Assembly: GCA_005222975.1 (NCBI GenBank)
Contig: NJBI01000006.1
Span: 1-64,000, forward strand
From: Promethearchaeota archaeon Loki_b31
GTDB taxonomy: Archaea; Asgardarchaeota; Lokiarchaeia; Sigyniarchaeales; SOKP01
DNA length: 64,000 bases
Direction of reading: 5' to 3'
Shown: piece after piece, positions 29,742 through 40,297 of the stretch
How positions within the stretch are numbered: the stretch's first letter is position 1
Layout of the letters: each line of letters starts with the position of its first letter
Program-made: the position numbers and the translations under genes
The notes under the pieces: generated by a model
Databases searched by the model: none
What the model was told of the DNA's origin: nothing
The model's input: the letters and a program-made list of their open reading frames with translations, nothing else

Positions 29742-30941
29742 TTGAATGCGTTAGGCTCTGATAAACAAATTGAAAAAAATATGAGGAATTTTATAAGTGA
29801 AATATGTGAAACTATTGGACCAAGGAAATCTTGCAGCGAAAATGAGGCTCAATTAGCATTATATTTTCATGAAGAAATTAAAGAATATTGCGATGAGGTT
29901 GATATTGACAATTTTGTTGTACATCCGGGAGCTTATAAAGCCGCATTTCGAATCCCTATGATTTTGTATTTACTATCGCTTATTTTTTATTGGTATTATC
30001 CTTTAATTAGTTTGATATTAATCGTTTTATCATTTCTGATTTTGTTTGGGGAGATGAGTTTAGCCAAAGAGATTATTGATTTTATGTTTCCAAAAAAGAA
30101 ATCTCAAAATGTTATTGGAAAAATTAAGCCAAAAAATCAGACAAGTGAATTAATTATAATCGGGAGTCATATAGATTCAAGTTGTGAATTTCCATTAATG
30201 AGAAAACTTAAATATGGTTTTATTGGAATACTTGCGATTAATCTTTTTCTAAATGTAATATTATTGGTAATCTTAATTATGAAAAATTTCTTAATTTTAA
30301 TTCAATTAGAAACATTGCTACTTAGTATTGAAATACTTTTTTTTTGGGTTTTTCTCATCTTAATACCTACTACGATACTTCAATTATTCTTTATAATATC
30401 AAATCGTCCTGTTATGGGTGCCAATGATAATTTATCTGGTGTGGCAGTATGCTATGAAATTGCTAAAAATTTAAATCTTCCAGAAAATAAACCTAAGAAT
30501 GTTGAGGTTTGGATTTGTGCCTTTGGTTGCGAAGAGATTGGTTCGAAAGGAAGTAGACATTTTGTTAAAGAATATTTGAAAGATATTAAAAAAGCAAAAA
30601 TAATAAATCTTGATATGCTTGGAAATAAAGATGCCCCACTCTTAATTACTACAGCGGAAATTTTTGGGTTTGTAAAAACAGATAAAAAAATGAATGAATT
30701 AATAAAAAATTCAGCTGAAAAATTAAATATTAAGATAAGAACCAAGTATAATATGGCCTTTACAGATTCATTAAGTTTCTGTCGAAAACATTTATCTGCC
30801 ACATCAATAGTTACCTTACCAATTTCATCAAAAAAATTCTATTATCATACTAGGGATGATGTAGTTAGCAATATGAGTTTTGAAAATTTAATTAACGCCT
30901 TTAAAATATGTAATCATATAATTAAAAATTTAGATAAATAA
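29742..30941 (+). CDS. Membrane-embedded M28 family metallopeptidase
   Basis: GSHIDS, GANDNLSG, GCEEIG, NLD and YHT motifs with inserted TM segments. Confidence 0.85.
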   Translation: MNALGSDKQIEKNMRNFISEICETIGPRKSCSENEAQLALYFHEEIKEYCDEVDIDNFVVHPGAYKAAFRIPMILYLLSLIFYWYYPLISLILIVLSFLILFGEMSLAKEIIDFMFPKKKSQNVIGKIKPKNQTSELIIIGSHIDSSCEFPLMRKLKYGFIGILAINLFLNVILLVILIMKNFLILIQLETLLLSIEILFFWVFLILIPTTILQLFFIISNRPVMGANDNLSGVAVCYEIAKNLNLPENKPKNVEVWICAFGCEEIGSKGSRHFVKEYLKDIKKAKIINLDMLGNKDAPLLITTAEIFGFVKTDKKMNELIKNSAEKLNIKIRTKYNMAFTDSLSFCRKHLSATSIVTLPISSKKFYYHTRDDVVSNMSFENLINAFKICNHIIKNLDK

Positions 30942-31013
30942 CCATTAAAATAATGAAACTTAATCTTGAATTAAATATTAAATCTGGTAATTAAGGTTAA
31001 AGGATAAATAAAT

Positions 31014-32489
31014 ATGACTCTTTATGACGAATTAGTAAATATTGTAAGCGAAAAATATTGCACTGATAAAGATTATGTATGTGTAACTTATGCTAGAGGT
31101 TTAGATCCTTGCTTACCCGAAATAATCCCCCAAATTGTCATTCGTCCTGAATCAACAGAACAAATATCTGAAATAGTCGCAATTGCTAAAATACATAAAA
31201 CAGCTATTTTACCAAGAGGTGGTGGTTGCGGTTTGATGGGTGGTAGCAAACCTATAAAAAAAGAAACTATATTACTTGATCTCACGAGAAAGGATAAAAT
31301 TTTGGATATTGATGAGTTAAATCATACAGTCACTGTCCAATGTGGAATAAACTGGTCTCAACTTAATGCTAAACTTTTTGATATGGGGTTTTATACTGGA
31401 AATATGGGCCCTGGTTCAGGTTTAAATGCATCAATAGGAGGAGGATTATCTCATCATTCAGGAGGAGGTGGAGGGTGTGCAAAATATGGTAAATGTACTG
31501 AAAATTGTGTTGGTTTAGAAGTAGTTTTAGGAACTGGTGATGTTATCACGCTCGGGTCTCAAGAGAGTAGGTTTGTTGAAAAGCCATTTACACGACTTGG
31601 ATTTGGCTCAGATCTAATGGGAATTTTTCTTGGAGATAATGGAACGATGGGAATAAAGACTACAGCAACATTAAAAATATTTCCGAAGCCACCATTTTTT
31701 TCTGGAAAAACATTTTTTATTAAAGATAATTCTTATGAAAAAACCCGAGATATGGTTCAAGAAATGATTGCAAAGGGCTGGGCAAAGTCCCTTGGTATTT
31801 ACGATTTCTTTTATACGCCCCCTCCTTCTGTAATGGGAATTACCACTGATAAATTAATAGAAACATGGGGTGATATAAAAGGAGGTGTTATCTTTTATGT
31901 TATTGAGGCATTTGATGAACAAGTTTTAAATAGAAATACTCAGATTTTAGAAAATATAGCAAAGAAGTATTCTACAAGAGAATTAGGGCCAAGCATTGAA
32001 GAAGGAAACATCACTGATTGGTTTTATGGGGAACAAGGACACTGGCAGGTTTATCATCCCTTATTTTCTGTCATAGGTCCAGATTATTTTGCAGCAACCA
32101 CCGAGGTTATGGTTCCTATTTCACGCTTTCCAAAAATTTTGCATAAATTAGATGAGTGGGAAGAGGAACACCATGAAGACTTATTTGAAGCAGACGCCGA
32201 ATCTGGAGTGAGTCATGTCGTTATGCTAAATCATAATAGTTGCTATATTGGCAGTGGATTAGCAGCATCTCACGATGAAGAACTTAAAACTGATGTTATT
32301 AATTTGTGGAAAGATCAGTTCGAGTTTTTATTAAAAGAGGGGGCTGTTCTTTATATGTGTGGTCAAATTGGAAGCCAGGTAATCGTTGACTCAAGAATAT
32401 ATTCCGATAATTATTATAAATTCTTTAAAAAAGTTAAAAATATAGTAGACCCTGACAATATTATAAGTCCAGGTAAATTCCGGTTTTGA
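31014..32489 (+). CDS. FAD-binding oxidoreductase (GlcD/alkyl-DHAP synthase-like, VAO family)
   Basis: PRGGG, ASIGG, GLEVVLGTG, GTMGI, C-terminal DPDNIISPGK. Confidence 0.88.
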   Translation: MTLYDELVNIVSEKYCTDKDYVCVTYARGLDPCLPEIIPQIVIRPESTEQISEIVAIAKIHKTAILPRGGGCGLMGGSKPIKKETILLDLTRKDKILDIDELNHTVTVQCGINWSQLNAKLFDMGFYTGNMGPGSGLNASIGGGLSHHSGGGGGCAKYGKCTENCVGLEVVLGTGDVITLGSQESRFVEKPFTRLGFGSDLMGIFLGDNGTMGIKTTATLKIFPKPPFFSGKTFFIKDNSYEKTRDMVQEMIAKGWAKSLGIYDFFYTPPPSVMGITTDKLIETWGDIKGGVIFYVIEAFDEQVLNRNTQILENIAKKYSTRELGPSIEEGNITDWFYGEQGHWQVYHPLFSVIGPDYFAATTEVMVPISRFPKILHKLDEWEEEHHEDLFEADAESGVSHVVMLNHNSCYIGSGLAASHDEELKTDVINLWKDQFEFLLKEGAVLYMCGQIGSQVIVDSRIYSDNYYKFFKKVKNIVDPDNIISPGKFRF

Positions 32490-32553
32490 AATATAAAAAT
32501 TAGGTTTAAAAGTACGTTGTATTAATATAAACCGCGATTCTCTTTAACAAAAA

Positions 32554-33792
32554 GTGAAAAATATGACAGAAAAATTGAAAAGAATTTCAGATTTAGAAGA
32601 AAGAATTCTTTCTTGTGTAGCTGTTGGAGATTGCAGAGGGGCACTTAAAGGTTCTTTTAAAAATCCTATTCTTGAAGCAGCTTGTCCTATGAGAGATCAT
32701 GGACCTGGTTTCGAAGCCTTTTTTGCACGAGGGAGATTTACATTAGCGCGAGCTCTACTTGATAAAAAGATAGAACCAAGTGAAGGACTCGCAGAAATAA
32801 TTTATCAATGTACTCTTTGTGGTGCTTGTAGGGAGGTGTGCAATAATCCAGAAAGTCCCTGCATGTCTATTTCTGCAAGAGAAAATATTGGAGACCATAT
32901 AGAGATATGGGAGGCTTTAAGAGCGGATTTAGTAGATTTAGGAGTAGCTCCTTTACCTAGACATAAAGAAATTACCGCGCATGAAATAGTAGAACATAAT
33001 CCATATTTTGAAAAGCATAACGATCGACTAAATTGGATACCTAAGGATTTTAAATTTTTACATAAAGGAGGAGACGCTTTGTTTTTTGTAGGATGCACTT
33101 CTGCTTATCGTTTGAATAATATATCTTCTACATTTCTCGAAATAGCAAATAAATCTGACATAAAATTATCAATATCACCTAATGAATGGTGTTGTGGATC
33201 TGTAAATTTAAGAACTGGCGCAGAAAATATCTTTAAAGATTTAGCAGAACACAATTTAACTGTTTTTAAAGATTTTGAAGTAGATAAAATAGTTACTACA
33301 TGTGCCGGGTGTTACAGGACTCTCAAAAACGATTACCCTAAATATCTAGAAGATTGGGATTTTGAAGTGCTTCATTCCATAGAAATGATAGATGAATTTC
33401 TTAACAGCGGAGAGATTAAAATCGCTAAAAAAATTGATGGAGTAATTACTTATCACGATCCTTGCCATTTAGGTAGACATTCTGGAGTATATAATGCTCC
33501 AAGAAATGTAATTGATGCTATAAGAAAAGATGAATTTGTTGAAATGAGGCATATTCGGAACTACTCCTACTGTTGTGGCGCAGGCGGCGGCGTAAAATCA
33601 GGGTTTCCGGATTTAGCACTTGAGATTGCAGTTGATAGAGTACAAGAGGCTGAAGAAACCGGTGCGAAGTTTTTAACAACAGTTTGTCCTTTCTGTCTTA
33701 CCAATTTTAAAGATGCTGTCAAGGAGATTAAATCTGACCTTATCGTAATCGATCTTCTTGAATTAGTTAATAAAGTAATTAATTATAAATAA
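32554..33792 (+). CDS. Fe-S oxidoreductase, GlcF/GlpC/HdrD family (two CCG domains)
   Basis: CTLCGAC, WCCG, TTCAGC, YHDPCHLGR, CCGAGGG, CPFC. Confidence 0.9.
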   Translation: MKNMTEKLKRISDLEERILSCVAVGDCRGALKGSFKNPILEAACPMRDHGPGFEAFFARGRFTLARALLDKKIEPSEGLAEIIYQCTLCGACREVCNNPESPCMSISARENIGDHIEIWEALRADLVDLGVAPLPRHKEITAHEIVEHNPYFEKHNDRLNWIPKDFKFLHKGGDALFFVGCTSAYRLNNISSTFLEIANKSDIKLSISPNEWCCGSVNLRTGAENIFKDLAEHNLTVFKDFEVDKIVTTCAGCYRTLKNDYPKYLEDWDFEVLHSIEMIDEFLNSGEIKIAKKIDGVITYHDPCHLGRHSGVYNAPRNVIDAIRKDEFVEMRHIRNYSYCCGAGGGVKSGFPDLALEIAVDRVQEAEETGAKFLTTVCPFCLTNFKDAVKEIKSDLIVIDLLELVNKVINYK

Positions 33793-33804
33793 AAGCGAAA
33801 TTCG

Positions 33805-34821
33805 TTATCTATCTTTTATATAACCATTTTCATAAAACCAATCAATTTGTTCTCTAATTGCAATTCATAAGTTTGTTTTAGGCATCTTTAGTTCATTCCA
33901 GGCTTTTGAACAATCAAACACTCGAATTTCAGCAGAAGCAACACTCTCTAATGGTGTTTTTGGATCCTTATGCTTTAGCTTCCATGTAACCAATTCATCA
34001 AAAAAAGAAAAACCTATTACTAAAAATTTAGGAAATGATATATTTGGAGCTTTCTTACCCGCAACATCGGCAATTAAACGTAAAAAATCTCTTAATGCCA
34101 TATTTTTATTTCCAGCAATATATCTTTCTCCCGGTTTACCATTTTTTATTGCCAGTACATGTGCCATTGCCACATCCTTTACGGATACAACATTCAATTT
34201 TGTTTCGACAAACCCTGGCATTTGGCCGTTCATGAAATCTCTGATAATCCTCCCTGTAGGTGTTGGTTTTATGTCATAGGGACCGATTGGTACAGTTGGT
34301 AATATAGAACAAGTTGGTAATCCTTTTTTATTCCACTTTATCGCAACTAACTCACCTAAATACTTTGATATTTTATAATGACCAGGTAATTCTTTTTTAG
34401 TAGCAAATAGTTTTTCATCTCCGATAGAATTATCAGGTGGCATTCCAATAGCACTTTCGGAGCTAGTGAACACCACTTTTTTAATTCCTTTTTCTAAAGC
34501 TTTCTCCATTAATTTATCTGTAGCATAAACATTTACATCATAAATTGCTTTAATTTTCGCAGGATCTGCCCAAAACCACATAGGGACGAATGTATAAATT
34601 GCACCACCATGAATTATGAAATCACAATCATCCATTGCTTTACTAACGGATTCAATCTCTCTTAAATCTCCATAAGCAAATTCAATTTGTAGATCTTTAA
34701 TAGTGCTAATATTGGATGTTTTTCTAACAAATACTTTTACATCGTACCCTTTTTCTATAGCAGCACGAACAATATTTGCGCCAATAAAACCATTTGCACC
34801 AGTTATTAATACTTTAGCCAA
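33805..34821 (-). CDS. NAD-dependent epimerase/dehydratase (HpnA/dihydroflavonol reductase-like) with in-frame TGA at 33865-33867
   Basis: TGANGFIG, YKISK, PIGPYDIKPTPTG. After the TGA the frame continues IAIREQIDWFYENGYIKDR* to 33805. Confidence 0.85.
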
Positions 34822-34969
34822 GAAATAACAACCTTTTTGTTGATTCTTTTAATATATTATAATATAATTACACACGGTTTTATAAATTTTTAAAAATAAT
34901 TAAAACAAGAAATTTACTATTATATATATTTTAGAAATTTTTATAGAAAATGAAATCAAACTTGGTCTT

Positions 34970-36424
34970 ATGGCTTTAATGAAAGATGTTTTAAAGGAAG
35001 TTTTAAAAGAAATTACTCCAACTCAAGAAGAACTCACTCTTATCAACGAAATTGTTAAAAAACTCAGGAAGTTATTAGATGAAAAAGCTCAGCAGTTAAA
35101 TTTTAAATATACAAAAATCGAACCTCAAGGCTCTACTGGAATCAAACAAACGCAATTAAAAAACGACTTTGATATTGATCTCTTTGTTGGTTTAGATTAT
35201 GAACTGTATAGCCCAAAATATGATGGCTTAAGCAAAAATAAGTTAAAAAAAGAGTCCAAGAAAGATTTTCTTTATTTGTGTAATAATTGGATACTAAAAT
35301 CTTTAATTCTAAAAGAATTTCATAAGCCTAGACTTCTATATGCCGAACATCCATATATTACTGTAGATTATTTCATTAATAATATCAAAATTAAAGTCGA
35401 TATTGTTCTCTATTTTGATTTAGAATTAGAATATATAAAAAAATTTGGACCTATAACCGCAGTTGATAGATCACCGTGGCACGGTCGTTTTATAAAAGAG
35501 AATTTATCAATAGAGCAGAAAAACGATGTTAGGTTGTTAAAGCAATTTTTTAAAGCTAATCACAGTTATGGCGACAAAAGTGCTGTAGGGAAAGTTGGAT
35601 TTATTGGGTATAGTGCAGAGTTACTAATATACTACTACGACACCCTACAAAACCTATTTAACAATTTCAAATTTCTTAAAGAAAAACCTAACGATTATTA
35701 CAATAGAACTTTAAAAGAGTTGAGAAAGATTCAACATTTCCAAAAAGATTACATTATCATTACGGATCCTATCGATAAAAATCGAAATGTTGCCTCCGCA
35801 ATTTCAGAAAAAGCATATAAGTATTGTAATCAGAGAATAATGGATTTTATGAATAACCCGAATAAAAGTTTTTTTAAAATTGACAAAATACCTGAAGTTG
35901 AGCTTTCTAAGATTGATGGTTCTCTCTTAGCTAAAATCTTTGTCGTTGAATTAAAAAACGAAAATAACGAGATACATTATACCATTAATAGAGATAAATT
36001 ATACTCAATCGGTGAAAACATTAAGGCAAACGGAGAAAAAGAATTCTCTCACGCGGAACGATTTGGCAAAATAGAATTTGAAGTCTACTTTGAAGATGAC
36101 ATTGAGGAATATAATATAGCCATATTTTGTGAAAAACCTAAAATAACAAAAAATTACGAACGAAGGGGACCTCCAATTAAAGAGAAAAATCATGCTAATA
36201 AGTTTAGAAAAAAAAATCCAAACTTTTTTGAAAGGGACGAATTCTTATGGATAGAATCTGAAAGAGAATACACAGAATTTCTTAAATTATTAAAAGATTT
36301 TGTCAAAAATAAAATTCCAGAGAATCTAAGAGTTGTAAATATTTCAAAATCTTTCAATGTCAAAAGGGCTTCAGGTAAAAGAGCACTATACACTTTGCTA
36401 AATATGATTCTTCCACACATTTAA
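34970..36424 (+). CDS. cca: Archaeal class I CCA-adding enzyme
   Basis: QGS..K.T.L..D.DIDLF, YAEHPY, TAVDRSPWH, GYSAELL, DPID..RNVA. Confidence 0.92.
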   Translation: MALMKDVLKEVLKEITPTQEELTLINEIVKKLRKLLDEKAQQLNFKYTKIEPQGSTGIKQTQLKNDFDIDLFVGLDYELYSPKYDGLSKNKLKKESKKDFLYLCNNWILKSLILKEFHKPRLLYAEHPYITVDYFINNIKIKVDIVLYFDLELEYIKKFGPITAVDRSPWHGRFIKENLSIEQKNDVRLLKQFFKANHSYGDKSAVGKVGFIGYSAELLIYYYDTLQNLFNNFKFLKEKPNDYYNRTLKELRKIQHFQKDYIIITDPIDKNRNVASAISEKAYKYCNQRIMDFMNNPNKSFFKIDKIPEVELSKIDGSLLAKIFVVELKNENNEIHYTINRDKLYSIGENIKANGEKEFSHAERFGKIEFEVYFEDDIEEYNIAIFCEKPKITKNYERRGPPIKEKNHANKFRKKNPNFFERDEFLWIESEREYTEFLKLLKDFVKNKIPENLRVVNISKSFNVKRASGKRALYTLLNMILPHI

Positions 36425-36589
36425 TCTCCGATGAAGACATTGAATAGAAATAAATAAATTAAACAAGGAGTTCTGAAATAGACAATTTATTGCCTAAATA
36501 CATAAAATTTTTATTTTTTCTCGTATTTTCCTTCTCAATTATTGAAAATGAATCAAATAAAAATTAAAATATTTTAAAGTGAATTTACA

Positions 36590-38842
36590 ATGGTTAAAGT
36601 AAAGAACCCCGACGAGATTGCGCATCTGATAACTACCGGTTCATACGAAAAAAAACGGTTGTTTAGCATAGTAGCACACATAGACCATGGCAAAACTACC
36701 GCTACCGATTACTTGTTAAGGCGTGCAGGTTTAATGCGAGAAGAAGATGCCGGGCATCTTCAGATGACTGATTCTGACGAAGAAGAGCAGGCAAGAGGTA
36801 TTACTATATTTACAAGTGTAGTTCTACTCGCATTTAATGACCCTAGAAAGCCTGAGGATGATGAGCCATATATCCTTCAAATCAATGATACGCCGGGACA
36901 TATATCCTTTACTGGAGAAGTCTCGCGTGCTCTTAGAGGGAGTGACGGTGCCATAATTCTTGTCGATGCTTTAGAAGGGGTTATGACTCAAACTGAAACA
37001 AACATCCGATTAGCCGTTGGTGAAGAGTATTGCAAACCAGTTCTTTTTATCAATAAAGTAGATCGTTTAATTAGCGAGCTTAAGTTGAGTCCAGAAGACA
37101 CATTTATGAAAATTGATAAAATTTCAAAACAGGTAAATGAGCTAATCAAAAAGATTAGACCAGAAGGATCTAAATGGAACGTTGATTTTGCTAAAAACAG
37201 CGTTGCTGTAGGGTCAGCTAAGCACGGATGGGGTTTTACATACGAAATATTATTAGAAAAAGGTTTAACACCACAAGATGTTTTCGCAAAATATACCGAA
37301 GGGGCCATTCAGTGGTTAAGAGAAAATCTTCCACTTGACGAGCCAATGTTAAGAATGGTAGTTGATCATTTACCCAATCCTGTGGAAGCAGCAAAATATA
37401 GGATACCTCATGTTTGGGGCGGTGATCTCAGCTCAGAACTAGGACAATCGCTTCAAAAAAGTGATCCGAAAGGTCCTTTATACGGTATGATTACCAAAAT
37501 ATTTTTAGATCCAAGGAGAGGATATCAACCAACTTTAATAGGTAGAGTTTTTTCTGGAACATTCCGACTATCGGACTCTATCTATTTGGTAAATAACAGA
37601 ACAAGTAATCGAGTAAAACGATTGGGAGTCATGGAAATTACAGATCTATTAGATATCCCAAAAATTCCTGCAGGAAATTTATTTGCTTTATACGGTTTTA
37701 TTTGTCCCTCTGGAGAGACATTTATGGCAGCTGGTGATGTCCCAAAGGATAAAAAAGAAGCCGCACTTCTGCCGTCTTTTGAAAAAATCCAATATGCGTG
37801 CGAACCCGTAGTTTCAAGAAGTATAAGGCCACGAGATCCTCACGAAATCGATAAATTAGATACGGTAGTAAGTAAGTGGCTTCAAGCAGATCCTACTGCG
37901 ATGTATCGGCGGGACAAAGAATCTGGAGAGTTCATTTTAAGTGGAATCGATCCGCTTCAAATTGAAATCCTAACCAAACGGATCAATAACCAAGTTCCTA
38001 TTTTAATTGGTGAACCAATTATAGTGTACCGAGAAAAAATTACCAAGAGAAGTAAACTATTTTATACTAAATCTGCCAATACACACAACCGAATCTTATT
38101 ATACATAGAACCCCTAGATGAAACAACTGAGAAATTAATTGATACTGGAAAAATCACTGATTTGATGAATGAGAAAGATAGAGCAAAAATTCTAAGGGAA
38201 GATGCAGGCTGGGACGCCAAAGAAGCTAGACGTATAGTAGATGTTTACCAAGGAAGCTTACTTGTGAACGGTACATCTGGTTTACAACGATTTGATAAAG
38301 TAAAATCTTATCTAACAGCCGCTTTTAGAGATTGGCTTGGAGAGTGCATTCTTGCAAAAGAACCAGCTGCGGGTTTTAAAATAGTATTTACAGATATGAC
38401 CATCCACGAGGACACACGACATACTTCCTATGGGCAAATTGCTGGAATGGCTTTTTCTGCTATGTCCTTAGCAATGTTGGACGCTGATCCTCATCTTTTT
38501 GAACCTATTCAGAGAATTGATGTGAAAACACCAGATGGATCAGAAGGACCAGTGAACTCGATTATAACCAAGCGACGAGGCAGAATTACGAACGTAGTTC
38601 CAGAGGGAGAATATGTTAGAGTTCATGGTACGATTCCTGCTGCTGAAACGATTGGTATAGCTGATGATATACGAGGTTCCACTCAAGGACGTGCGTTCTT
38701 CGGATACGAATTTTCTGGTTTTGATAAAGTACCTAAAAGTCTAGAAGAAGATTTAATTCTTGAAATTCGTAAGCGTAAAGGCATGCCTGATCATCTACCT
38801 AATACTTCAAGCTGGGATCGATTTATTTACAAGAAAACCTAA
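36590..38842 (+). CDS. Elongation factor EF-2 family GTPase lacking canonical diphthamide HRG motif (Asgard aEF-2 or paralog)
   Basis: AHIDHGKT, EEQARGITI, DTPGH, NKVD; domain IV loop HEDTRHTSYGQI. Confidence 0.92.
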   Translation: MVKVKNPDEIAHLITTGSYEKKRLFSIVAHIDHGKTTATDYLLRRAGLMREEDAGHLQMTDSDEEEQARGITIFTSVVLLAFNDPRKPEDDEPYILQINDTPGHISFTGEVSRALRGSDGAIILVDALEGVMTQTETNIRLAVGEEYCKPVLFINKVDRLISELKLSPEDTFMKIDKISKQVNELIKKIRPEGSKWNVDFAKNSVAVGSAKHGWGFTYEILLEKGLTPQDVFAKYTEGAIQWLRENLPLDEPMLRMVVDHLPNPVEAAKYRIPHVWGGDLSSELGQSLQKSDPKGPLYGMITKIFLDPRRGYQPTLIGRVFSGTFRLSDSIYLVNNRTSNRVKRLGVMEITDLLDIPKIPAGNLFALYGFICPSGETFMAAGDVPKDKKEAALLPSFEKIQYACEPVVSRSIRPRDPHEIDKLDTVVSKWLQADPTAMYRRDKESGEFILSGIDPLQIEILTKRINNQVPILIGEPIIVYREKITKRSKLFYTKSANTHNRILLYIEPLDETTEKLIDTGKITDLMNEKDRAKILREDAGWDAKEARRIVDVYQGSLLVNGTSGLQRFDKVKSYLTAAFRDWLGECILAKEPAAGFKIVFTDMTIHEDTRHTSYGQIAGMAFSAMSLAMLDADPHLFEPIQRIDVKTPDGSEGPVNSIITKRRGRITNVVPEGEYVRVHGTIPAAETIGIADDIRGSTQGRAFFGYEFSGFDKVPKSLEEDLILEIRKRKGMPDHLPNTSSWDRFIYKKT

Positions 38843-38881
38843 AATTTTTTATTATTTCTGTTTCTTTTATATTATTTTTAA

Positions 38882-39454
38882 TTACATTTTAGCTCTTAAA
38901 TAAAGCTTCCTAACTAAAGCTTGAAACGCTTCAATTACACCTTGGCCTGTTAAGGCGCTATTTTTAAAATACCCAAGAAATCTATTATCGATTACATATT
39001 TTCCAACATTATAATCTGAAGTTGCTTTGTCTTTATTCAATGATAAATCGTTTTCATCAATTAGATCGATCTTATTACCAAATAGTACAATTGGAATGTT
39101 TCCACAATGTTCTTTAAGTTCATTGAGCCATTTATCAACAAGATTAAAGCTTGTAGTTTGTTCTGAAGCGTGAGAAAAGACAATGATGGCACCACTACTT
39201 CCTGTATAAAACTTTTGACGCATTACATTAAAACTATCTTGACCTGCTATGTCCCAAATGAACAATTCGACTTTTTCACCATCGACATCTTCTTCATATT
39301 TCGAAAACTGAGTCCCCAAAGTAGAGATATAACTTTTCTGAAATGAATCTGTAGTATACTTTTTAATTAACGATGTTTTCCCGACGGCCGGAGCACCTAT
39401 AATAATTATTTTAAATCCAAAAGCTTTTTCAGACATAATATTTTGTAAAATCAT
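38882..39454 (-). CDS. Rab-like small GTPase
   Basis: GAPAVGKT, STLG, WDIAGQ, GNKID, NSAL. Confidence 0.92.
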   Translation of the reverse strand: MILQNIMSEKAFGFKIIIIGAPAVGKTSLIKKYTTDSFQKSYISTLGTQFSKYEEDVDGEKVELFIWDIAGQDSFNVMRQKFYTGSSGAIIVFSHASEQTTSFNLVDKWLNELKEHCGNIPIVLFGNKIDLIDENDLSLNKDKATSDYNVGKYVIDNRFLGYFKNSALTGQGVIEAFQALVRKLYLRAKM

Positions 39455-39574
39455 TTCTTGCTTTTTTAATTAGTAATAATTAAATTTTTTAAATCTTCAC
39501 AAAAAGATATATTATACGTTGCTTCAGTGTTCAAGAGTATAGATTTGTTGAATAAATAAATAAGGAAATTTAAA

Positions 39575-40135
39575 TTATATAGTAGTTTTAAAGTAAAGGT
39601 CTCTAACTAACTTTTGAAATGCTTCAATAACACCTTGACCTGTTAAAGCGCTTGTTTTAAAATATCCTATGAAATTATGATCTTTCGAATATTTTCCAAT
39701 GTTGAAATCAGAATTTACTTTATCCTCGTTTAGAGCTAAATCTTTCTCATCAATTAAATCGATCTTATTTCCAAATAATGCAATTGGAATATTTCCACAA
39801 TATTCATTAAGTTCTTTAAGCCATTTATCAATGTGATTAAAACTTGTTACTTCTTCTGGTGCGTGAGAAAACACAATAATTGCAGCACTACTTCCATTAT
39901 AAAACTTACTACGCATTGTTTCAAAAACATCTTGACCTGCAATATCCCATATGAATAACTTAATTTGGTTCCCTTCTATGATCTCTTCGTACTTTGAAAA
40001 CTGAGCGCCCAGAGTGGCGATATAATCCTTTTGAAATGATCCAGTAGTATATTTTTTAACTAGAGTTGTTTTTCCAACTGAGGGATCTCCCACTACAGTT
40101 ATCTTAAATTTATACTCTTTTTCTTCGTTTGACAT
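39575..40135 (-). CDS. Rab-like small GTPase (tandem paralog)
   Basis: GDPSVGKT, ATLG, WDIAGQ, GNKID, TSAL. Confidence 0.92.
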   Translation of the reverse strand: MSNEEKEYKFKITVVGDPSVGKTTLVKKYTTGSFQKDYIATLGAQFSKYEEIIEGNQIKLFIWDIAGQDVFETMRSKFYNGSSAAIIVFSHAPEEVTSFNHIDKWLKELNEYCGNIPIALFGNKIDLIDEKDLALNEDKVNSDFNIGKYSKDHNFIGYFKTSALTGQGVIEAFQKLVRDLYFKTTI

Positions 40136-40297
40136 AATAATATGTGAAAAAATGTCTTTTTTTAATTATTATTAATAAAATGTTTCAAATTATTTTACTT
40201 ATATACATTTATACAAATCTTAACATTTAAAGAATTAAAGGTTATTATTAATATTATAGGTATTTTTAGAATTAATTAGATTAGATATGGTTGAAGG

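Noticed and set aside
33865-33867. Selenocysteine codon (also TGA 614-616)
   Set aside because: Neither position corresponds to a Cys or redox motif, and no SECIS could be identified by eye.
38780-38900. Casposon or other element inserted at the EF-2 3' end
   Set aside because: No terminal inverted repeats, target duplication, cas1 or polB visible.
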